A stretch of DNA of 64,000 nucleotides from Caulobacter sp. (GTDB lineage: Bacteria; Pseudomonadota; Alphaproteobacteria; Caulobacterales; Caulobacteraceae). Position numbers and translations under genes: made by a program. Location: contig JAYRYI010000006.1 of the NCBI GenBank assembly GCA_041917095.1, positions 236,653 to 300,652 on the forward strand, written 5' to 3'. Shown piece by piece: positions 25,219-32,190 of this stretch (its first letter is position 1; every line of letters begins with the position of its first letter). The notes beneath the pieces are model-generated. The model saw only the letters and a list, made by a program, of their open reading frames with translations. It had not been told where the DNA came from and made no database searches.

Positions 25219-28158
25219 ATGACGGCGGGGGCGCCTTGGAGCGTTAAGGGCATCGACCCGAAGGCGCGCGAGATCGCCAAGGATCTCGCGCGGCGCTCCG
25301 GCATGACTCTCGGTGAATGGCTGAACCGCATGATCGTCGAGGGCGAAGCGCCGGCATCGTCGGATCCGGCGCCCGATCAGGCCTTCAACGCCGTGGACAC
25401 GGGGCCCATTGTGATCGGCGGCTCGGCCGGCGAGCCGCGCTACGAGATCCCCAACCACCCCGCCGACGAGGTCGGCAAGGTCGCTGATGCGATCGAAAGG
25501 CTGACGGCGCGGATCGAGGCCGCCGAGCAACGGTCGACCCTGGCGATTAGCGGCATTGACCAGTCGGTGCGCGGGGCCCTTGCCCGGCTGGAGACCGCCG
25601 AGCGCGAACAGGTCGCCGTCGCCGCGCGTTTCGAAGGCGCCGTGGACGACATCCGCACAGAGGCCGGCCGCGCGGGCGATCGCCTGCGCCGGGTCGAGCA
25701 AGAGGCCGCCGGCCCGCGCTCGGCGGAGGCGCTTCGCTCGCTCGAGGGCATGCTCGGCAAGGTCGCGGGCCAGTTCTACGATGGCGAGGCCCGCACCCGC
25801 GAGGCGCTGGCCTCGATCGAGGCCCGCGTCGCCGAGGTCGAGCGCACCGATCCCTCGGGCCTCGTCGAGGCGGTCGCCGCCCGCGTGGCCGAGCGGCTGG
25901 AGTCGGCGGAGGGCCGCACGACGGACGCCCTGCGCGACCTCGGCGCCTCCTTCGTGGCCCTGGACCGGCGGCTGAAGGCTGTCGAGACGGCCGGCGGGGC
26001 GGGCGAGCGTCTGGAGGCCCTGGCCCAAGACCTGACGCGGCGCATGGAGGCGACGCGGGCCGAACTGGCCGAGAAGCTGGCTGCCTCGGCCGAGGGGCGC
26101 TTCGACCGCATGGACCAGAAGCTGTCGGAGATGGCGCGGCACGTCAGCGCCGCCGAGGCGCGCTCGGCGCAGGCGATCGAGCGCGTGGGCCGGGAGATGG
26201 TCAGCATGGCCGACAACCTCAGCCGCCGGGTCCAGGCCGTCGACAACCGCAGCGCCGACGCGATCGAACAGGTCGGCGGCGAGGTGGCGCGGATCGCCGC
26301 CGCCGTCGAACAGAAGCTCAACCGGGCCGACACCGCCCAGGCCCAGGCGCTCGAGAAACTGGGCGGCGAGATTGCCCGCATCACAGAACGGCTGGCCGAA
26401 CGCATCGCCAACTCCGAGCGGCGCGGCGCGCTGGCCATCGACGAGGTCGGCGAGCAGGTCGCGCGGGTCACCGAACGGATCAGCCAGCGCCAGGAGCGCA
26501 CGGCGACCGACCTGGCCGAGCGCATCCGGCTGAGCGAGGAGCGCACTGCGCGGCTGCTGGACGAAGCGCGTGAGAAGATCGACGCCAGCCTGAGCGGCTC
26601 GCATCGCCGTCTGGCCGAACAGATGGCGCCGGCCGCCGCCGTCGCCGCCCCGCCGCCGCCGATCGTGCGCAAGCCTGATCCCGTGCGCGAGACGTTCGCG
26701 GATCCGTTCGCCTCTGATCCGTTCGAGCCGGCCTCGCATTCGATCCCCGAGGACGCCTTCGCGCCCCAGGCCTTCGCGCGTCCGCCGGCCGAAGCCGCGC
26801 CGGGCGAGCCCGCGCCGTTCCCGACCGCCGAGCGCGGCCCGCCGTCCTTCTCGGACGAAGACTTCGCGGCCGCCGACGGTTTCGCGACGCTGTCTGACGA
26901 CGTCGATGTTCCGGACGCGCCCGAGATTCCCGCCGCGCCGGTCATCCATCCCTTCGAGGTCGATGAGGCCCCGGAAGTGGCGGCGCCGCGCTCGACACGC
27001 GACGTCATCGAACAGGCGCGCCTCGCCGCCCGGGCGGCCGGCGGCGCGGGTCCGACCCCGGTCTCGCCGGCGGAGGAGCGCCGCAGCCTGTTCGGCGGAC
27101 GCGAGAAGAAGCCGAAGAAGCGCGCCGGCTCCGCCCTGATGACCGCCCTGGTCGTCGCCGGCGGCGCGGCGACGCTGGGCACGCTGGGCGTCGGCGCCGC
27201 CCTGTACACCGGACTGGTGGGCGAAGGGGTCGACAGTCCGCGGGTCGCCGAGAGCAAACGCATCAACGCGGCCGACGACCGCGGCGAGATCAAGACCCGC
27301 GAGGCGGACACTACGCCGCGCGTGGCCGTGGCCGTCGTCCCGGGACTTGATCCGACCGGCGCCGCCGCCCCGCCGCCTCTGGCCGACGCGGGGTCGCAGG
27401 ATACGGCGGCGAGCGGCGCGGCGCTGTATGGCGAAGCCCTGCGCCTGATCGAGGCCAAGGATCCGGATGCGGCCGATCGCCTTCGCCGCGCCGCCAATCT
27501 GGGCTACGCGCCGGCGCAGTTCGATCTGTCCAAGGCCTATCAGGCCGGAGCCCTTGGCCTGAAGAAGGACGAGGCGGAGTCGCGGCGCTGGACCGAACGG
27601 GCAGCCCAGGCCGGCGATCCCCGCGCGATGCACAATCTCGGCCTGGCGTTCTTCCAGGGCTCGGGCGGCCCGATGAACAAGACGACCGCCGCCCAGTGGT
27701 TCCGGCGCGCCGCGGATCTGGGCCGGATCGACAGCCAGTTCAATCTCGCCAACCTCTACGAGCAGGGCGCCGGCGTCAGCCAGAACGCGGCCGAATCCTA
27801 CAAGTGGTATCTGATCGCCGCCCGCGGCGGCGACGCCGAGGCCCGCGCCTCGGCGGAGCGGATCAGGAAGGGCCTGTCTCCCGAAGCGCGCGCGGCGGCC
27901 GAACGGTCTGCGGTCGGCTTCCGTCCCGCCACACCCAATCCCTCGGCGTCGACGTCCACGGCGTCCGGCTCGCCGGTCGGGGTCGCCTCGGCCCAGAAGG
28001 CGCTGTCGATGCTCGGCTACTATCGCGGCCCGCAGGACGGATCCCAGTCCGGCGCGCTGAAGGGCGCCATCCAGGCGTTCCAGCGCGACAAGGGACTGCG
28101 GGCGACCGGCAATCTGGACGCCGAGACGTCCACCCGTCTGGCCGTCTACACGCGCTAG
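25219..28158 (+). CDS. podJ: Polar organelle development / localisation factor PodJ-like protein
   Basis: Track ORF trimmed to the ATG at 25219 (MTAGAPWSVKGIDPKAREIAKDLARRSGMTLGEWLNRMI). It has a long coiled-coil region, a single TM (LMTALVVAGGAATLGTLGVGAALY), Sel1/TPR-like repeats (GYAPAQFDLSKAY, GDPRAMHNLG, SQFNLANLYEQG) and a C-terminal PG-binding domain (AQKALSMLGYYRGPQDG...FQRDKGL). This is the Caulobacter PodJ architecture. Confidence 0.8.
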   Translation: MTAGAPWSVKGIDPKAREIAKDLARRSGMTLGEWLNRMIVEGEAPASSDPAPDQAFNAVDTGPIVIGGSAGEPRYEIPNHPADEVGKVADAIERLTARIEAAEQRSTLAISGIDQSVRGALARLETAEREQVAVAARFEGAVDDIRTEAGRAGDRLRRVEQEAAGPRSAEALRSLEGMLGKVAGQFYDGEARTREALASIEARVAEVERTDPSGLVEAVAARVAERLESAEGRTTDALRDLGASFVALDRRLKAVETAGGAGERLEALAQDLTRRMEATRAELAEKLAASAEGRFDRMDQKLSEMARHVSAAEARSAQAIERVGREMVSMADNLSRRVQAVDNRSADAIEQVGGEVARIAAAVEQKLNRADTAQAQALEKLGGEIARITERLAERIANSERRGALAIDEVGEQVARVTERISQRQERTATDLAERIRLSEERTARLLDEAREKIDASLSGSHRRLAEQMAPAAAVAAPPPPIVRKPDPVRETFADPFASDPFEPASHSIPEDAFAPQAFARPPAEAAPGEPAPFPTAERGPPSFSDEDFAAADGFATLSDDVDVPDAPEIPAAPVIHPFEVDEAPEVAAPRSTRDVIEQARLAARAAGGAGPTPVSPAEERRSLFGGREKKPKKRAGSALMTALVVAGGAATLGTLGVGAALYTGLVGEGVDSPRVAESKRINAADDRGEIKTREADTTPRVAVAVVPGLDPTGAAAPPPLADAGSQDTAASGAALYGEALRLIEAKDPDAADRLRRAANLGYAPAQFDLSKAYQAGALGLKKDEAESRRWTERAAQAGDPRAMHNLGLAFFQGSGGPMNKTTAAQWFRRAADLGRIDSQFNLANLYEQGAGVSQNAAESYKWYLIAARGGDAEARASAERIRKGLSPEARAAAERSAVGFRPATPNPSASTSTASGSPVGVASAQKALSMLGYYRGPQDGSQSGALKGAIQAFQRDKGLRATGNLDAETSTRLAVYTR

Positions 28159-28166
28159 AAGACATC

Positions 28167-28194
28167 CCGCAGGCGGATGATCTGCGGCGCTTTT
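28167..28194 (+). terminator. Candidate intrinsic terminator after podJ
   Basis: CCGCAG-N9-CTGCGG followed by CGCTTTTCC. Confidence 0.45.
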
Positions 28195-28274
28195 CCCTCT
28201 TCGCGGTTCGTCGCCCGACGATATATGGTTTCCGCCAGGTCGCCTCGGGGGGGCGCGGTGCGGGAGTACCAGGC

Positions 28275-28736
28275 ATGAGGCAGGCCATCGCGCGCGCGCC
28301 GGCGTCCGCCTGGACCATGGGGGTGATCAGCCTCGTGCCGTTCTACCTGGCGGCGGGATTCTACTGCTACGGCCCGGGCGAGATGCGCGGCCAGGCCTTC
28401 CTGGGGCTGATCGGCTGGTCGACCGCCATGCTCAGCTATCTGGGGGGGGTGCGGGCGGGGCTGGAGATCGACAGCCACGCAAGTCCCCGCTGGTGGAGCA
28501 CCGGGCTGGCGCTGCTGTCGCCGTTCGCCGCCCTGGCGCTGCTGTTCGGCGCCCTCACCGGGGCGCTGTCCCAGGCGCAGCAGGTTTCAGGGTTCATGAC
28601 GGCCTTCCTGCTGATGTGGATCTGGGACACCCGCGCTCACGACGGTCCCACCTGGCGCCCGCGATACCGCACCTTCATCACCGCCGGCGCGGTGGTCGCC
28701 CTGGCGTTCGCCCTCGAACAGGCGATGAGCCTGTAG
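28275..28736 (+). CDS. DUF3429-like membrane protein (153 aa)
   Basis: Track ORF 27696..28736 trimmed to the ATG at 28275 (MRQAIARAPASAWTMGVISLVPFYLAAG...). It has four or five TM helices. The upstream part of the track ORF overlaps podJ. Confidence 0.7.
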   Translation: MRQAIARAPASAWTMGVISLVPFYLAAGFYCYGPGEMRGQAFLGLIGWSTAMLSYLGGVRAGLEIDSHASPRWWSTGLALLSPFAALALLFGALTGALSQAQQVSGFMTAFLLMWIWDTRAHDGPTWRPRYRTFITAGAVVALAFALEQAMSL

Positions 28737-28737
28737 C

Positions 28738-29439
28738 TCAATCGCTGACCAGGGACTTCCATCCGATCGGGTGGACCCTGTCCGCACCCAGCGCCGCCGC
28801 CAGCGGCCGGCCGGAGAACAGCGGCGCGAACGCCGCGTCTCGTACATTCAGCCCGCCGGCATAGGCCCCGAAGGCGGGCAGCACGATCCGCGCGCCATCG
28901 GTCACGAAGCAGCGCCGACGCACGCGTCCGCCCCGGCCGGCGACGCGCGCGGCAGGGTGCAGGTGGCCCGCGACCTCGCCCGGTTGAACACCCGGCTGGG
29001 GTTCGTGACGCAGCCGCAGGGTCTCCAGCGTCATCTCGTCGACGACCTCTCCCGGCAAGGCGCGAGGGCCGTCCGCGTCGTGATTGCCGACCACCCAGAC
29101 CAGGGTCCGGCCGCGCGCCAGGGCCGCCAGCCGCGCCGCGTCCTCGGACGCGAGCCGGCCCTCGGCCGCGCCGTCGTGGAAACTGTCGCCGAGGAACACC
29201 AGCAGGCGCGGCGCGCTGGCGGCGACCTCGCGCTCCAGCCGGGTCAGGGTCTCGCGGGTGTCGTAGGGTGGCAGGAGCTGGCCCCGCATGGCGTAGGCCG
29301 AGCCCTTCTCGAAGTGCAGATCCGCGACGAGCAGGGCCTCGGCGGCCGTGACCCGCAGGGCCCCCGAGGCCTTCAGAACCACCTCGGTCCCGTTCACGGC
29401 GAGGTGGAGGCCGCCGCACGCCGCCGCGCGCAGGCTCAT
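28738..29439 (-). CDS. pdeM: Ligase-associated DNA-damage-response metallophosphoesterase PdeM-like
   Basis: Track ORF trimmed to the ATG at 29439 (MSLRAAACGGLHLAVNG...). Calcineurin-like motifs are ADLHFEKG, FLGDSFHD and VVGNHD. It lies immediately downstream of the Lhr-like helicase. The track's longer N-terminus merely reads through a repeat element. Confidence 0.8.
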   Translation of the reverse strand: MSLRAAACGGLHLAVNGTEVVLKASGALRVTAAEALLVADLHFEKGSAYAMRGQLLPPYDTRETLTRLEREVAASAPRLLVFLGDSFHDGAAEGRLASEDAARLAALARGRTLVWVVGNHDADGPRALPGEVVDEMTLETLRLRHEPQPGVQPGEVAGHLHPAARVAGRGGRVRRRCFVTDGARIVLPAFGAYAGGLNVRDAAFAPLFSGRPLAAALGADRVHPIGWKSLVSD

Positions 29440-29440
29440 T

Positions 29441-29570
29441 GCGTCCTTCGACACGGCGCTGCGCGCCTGCTCAGGAAGACGTGTTGGGGAAAGCTGCATC
29501 GGGTCCGAATCCAAACGCTCCACTGAATACGTCATCCTGAGCAGCGGCCGCAGGCCCCGTGTCGAAGGGC
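29441..29570. repeat. MITE/REP-like palindromic element, family B
   Basis: The left arm TTCGACACGGCGCTGCGCGCCTGCTCAGGAAGA (29447-29479) is the imperfect reverse complement of the right arm TCATCCTGAGCAGCGGCCGCAGGCCCCGTGTCGAA (29532-29566). It fills the whole lhr-pdeM spacer. Confidence 0.65.
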
Positions 29571-29575
29571 GCACA

Positions 29576-32128
29576 TCACGCCATCGCCTCCGCGATCAGA
29601 TCCTCGGCCGCCTCGGCCAGCATCATGTCGGCGGCGCCGCCGGGCGCCCGCTCGCGGCCGAGCTCCATGAACATCGGAACCGCGAACGGCGAAAGGCGCT
29701 CAAGCGCCGCATGGCGGATATGTCCTTTCACCCGCGCCAGAAGCCTGCCGACCCGGGAGACGTCGATTGTCATGCTGGCGGCGTCGGCGCGCGCGCACTT
29801 CAGCAGCAGATGGTCGGGCTGGTGCCGGCGCAGCACGTCGTAGATCAGGTCGGTCGAAAAGGTCACCTGCCGGCCTGATTTCTCCGCACCAGGCATCCGC
29901 CGTTCGATCAGGCCGCTGATCAGGGCGCAGCCCTTGAACGAGCGCTTCATCATGAAGCTCTCGTCCATCCAGGCCTCGAGGTCGTCGCCCAGCATATCCT
30001 CGGCGAACAGGTCCGCCAGATCGACGCGGTCCATCGGCTTCAGCGCCCAGATGGCCACCGCATAGTCGTTGCAGACAAAGCCGAGCGGCCCGATGCCCAG
30101 CCGGTCCAGACGCCGGGTCAGCAGCATGGCGAGGGTCGTGTGGGCGTGGCGGCCGTCGAACGGATAGACGACCATGAAAAACCGCTTCCCGTGTGGGAAG
30201 GTCTCCAGCAGCATCTCATCGGGAGCGGGGATGACCGAGCGGTCGCGCTGGGCTTCCAGCCATTCCCGGACGTCGTCGGGCAGGACCGACCAGGCGCTCT
30301 CGTCCGACATCATCCGCCGCACCTTGGCGGCCAGAAAGGTCGAGATCGCGAACTTGCTGCCGCCCCAGCTGGGCATCCTGGCGTTCGTGTCAGGGGCCGG
30401 CGAGACGAGAACGTCGGTTCCGGTGACCCCGACCAGTTTCCAGGTCATCCCCGCGAAGACGAAGGTGTCGCCGGGATCCAGCACCTCCAGGTAGCCTTCC
30501 TCGACCTCTCCGATCTTGCGTCCACCCCTGCCGCCGCGCATGGCGATGCGGACGTTCAGGGTGGCCGGCGCGACGATGGCGCCGACGTTCATCCGGTGGC
30601 GCCGCACGGTGTCGGCGTTGCGCGCGCGCCAGAGGCCGTCGGCGTCCTTCACGATCCGTCGGAAACGGTCATAGGTCTTCAGCGCGTAGCCGCCGGTCGA
30701 GACGAAGTCGACCACCTCCTCGTAGTCTTCCCAGCTGAGCGCCCGGTACGGCCCGGCCGTGCGCACCTCGTCATAGAGCGCCACCAGGTCGAACGGCTCG
30801 CTGCAGGCGCAGCCCATGACGTGCTGGGCCAGCACGTCCAGCGCCCCGACCCGCGGCTGCTCGCTGTCCAGCGCGTTCTCGGCGATGGCCTCGATGGCCG
30901 CCTGGCATTCCAGCATCTCGAAGCGGTTGGCGGGGACGAACAGCGCCTTCGACGGCTCGTCCAGCCGGTGGTTGGCGCGACCGATGCGCTGGACCATCCG
31001 CGCGGCGCCCTTCGGGGCGGCCAGCTGGATGACCAGGTCGACGTCGCCCCAGTCGATGCCGAGGTCGAGAGTTGAGGTGCAGACGACCGCCTTCAGCTCG
31101 CCGCGCGCCATCGCCGCCTCGACCCGGCGCCGCTGCTCGGCCGACAGGCTGCCGTGATGCAGTGCGATCGGCAGGTCGTCGTCGTTCAGCTTCCAGAGTT
31201 CCTGAAAGGCGTACTCGGCCTGGAAGCGCGTGTTGACGAAGATCAGCGTCGTGCGATGGCGCTTGATGATCTCGTAGACCTCTTCCATCGCGTGCTCGGC
31301 GGTATGACCCGCCCAAGGCACGCGGCCCTGCGAGATCAGGGTGTCGACCTGCGGCGCGGGGCCGGGCGGGCCGAGGACGAGGTCCACATCAAACCGAGCA
31401 TCCCCGCGAAGGCGGGGACCCAAGCGGCCCTCAACGCCGTCCGCCCATTCGGCTTGGGCCCCCGCCTTCGCGGGGGTGATCAGTGAGGGACTCAGCCAAT
31501 CCCTTATCAGGTCCGGATCGTCGACCGTGGCCGACAGCCCGACCCGTCGCATGTTCGGCGCCAGCTGTTGCAGCCGCGCCAGATCCAGGGCCAGCAGGTC
31601 GCCGCGCTTGGTCGGCCAGAGGGTGTGGATCTCGTCCAGGATCACGCAGCGCAGATCCTCGAAAAGCCCGCGCGCGCCCTCCCAGGCGAGCAGCAGCGCC
31701 AGTTGCTCCGGGGTCGTCAGCAACATGTCCGGCGGCCGCAGCTTCTGGCGCTGCTTGCGGCTGACGCCGGTATCGCCGGTCCGGCTCTCGGCGACGATGT
31801 CGAGGCCCATCTCGAGGATGGGCGTCATCAGGTTGCGTTCGACATCGACGGCCAGCGCCTTGAGCGGCGAGATGTAGAGGGTGTGGATGCCGCGCGGCCC
31901 GTTGGCCAGCGGGCGTTCGGCGAGCTCGATCAGGCTGGGCAGGAAACCGGCCAGGGTCTTGCCGCCGCCGGTCGGCGCGATCAGCAGGGCGTGGCGCCCG
32001 GCGCGGGCCCGGGCGATCATGTCCAGCTGGTGCGTACGCGCCGTCCATCCGCGCCGGGCGAACCAGTCGGCGAAGCGCTCGGGCAGCAGGGAGGGGAGGG
32101 CGGTTCCGTCCACGATACCAAACAGCAC
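29576..32128 (-). CDS. Lhr-like (ligase-associated DNA damage response) DEXH-box helicase
   Basis: 850 aa with a GTG start. Contains APTGGGKT (motif I), LDEIH (motif II), LSAT (motif III) and a C-terminal Lhr-core-like extension. Followed by pdeM. Confidence 0.9.
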   Translation of the reverse strand: MLFGIVDGTALPSLLPERFADWFARRGWTARTHQLDMIARARAGRHALLIAPTGGGKTLAGFLPSLIELAERPLANGPRGIHTLYISPLKALAVDVERNLMTPILEMGLDIVAESRTGDTGVSRKQRQKLRPPDMLLTTPEQLALLLAWEGARGLFEDLRCVILDEIHTLWPTKRGDLLALDLARLQQLAPNMRRVGLSATVDDPDLIRDWLSPSLITPAKAGAQAEWADGVEGRLGPRLRGDARFDVDLVLGPPGPAPQVDTLISQGRVPWAGHTAEHAMEEVYEIIKRHRTTLIFVNTRFQAEYAFQELWKLNDDDLPIALHHGSLSAEQRRRVEAAMARGELKAVVCTSTLDLGIDWGDVDLVIQLAAPKGAARMVQRIGRANHRLDEPSKALFVPANRFEMLECQAAIEAIAENALDSEQPRVGALDVLAQHVMGCACSEPFDLVALYDEVRTAGPYRALSWEDYEEVVDFVSTGGYALKTYDRFRRIVKDADGLWRARNADTVRRHRMNVGAIVAPATLNVRIAMRGGRGGRKIGEVEEGYLEVLDPGDTFVFAGMTWKLVGVTGTDVLVSPAPDTNARMPSWGGSKFAISTFLAAKVRRMMSDESAWSVLPDDVREWLEAQRDRSVIPAPDEMLLETFPHGKRFFMVVYPFDGRHAHTTLAMLLTRRLDRLGIGPLGFVCNDYAVAIWALKPMDRVDLADLFAEDMLGDDLEAWMDESFMMKRSFKGCALISGLIERRMPGAEKSGRQVTFSTDLIYDVLRRHQPDHLLLKCARADAASMTIDVSRVGRLLARVKGHIRHAALERLSPFAVPMFMELGRERAPGGAADMMLAEAAEDLIAEAMA
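31400..31480. repeat. Nested palindromic element embedded in-frame in the Lhr-like gene
   Basis: ATCCCCGCGAAGGCGGGGACCCAAGC (31400-31425) and GCTTGGGCCCCCGCCTTCGCGGGGGTGAT (31452-31480) are near-perfect reverse complements. Each arm contains its own CCCCGC-GAAG-GCGGGG hairpin. The unit is 81 nt, or 27 codons. Confidence 0.6.
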
Positions 32129-32148
32129 TCCGCCGGCGCGCCGTCAAT

Positions 32149-32163
32149 GTTCCCGTTCCGTTT
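32149..32163. promoter_or_regulatory. Candidate alphaproteobacterial SOS (LexA) box, one mismatch
   Basis: GTTC-CCGTTCC-GTTT compared with the GTTC-N7-GTTC consensus, in the 62-bp spacer between two divergent DNA helicase genes. Confidence 0.3.
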
Positions 32164-32190
32164 CCGTGCGAGTCCAGCTATTCAGGTCGG

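Noticed and set aside
25114-27633. Bulk of the 922-aa minus-strand ORF opposite podJ (also 25776..27497, 573 aa)
   Set aside because: It is entirely antisense to the PodJ-like gene, which has clear domain architecture. The translation is low-complexity and Arg/Gly-rich with no motifs.
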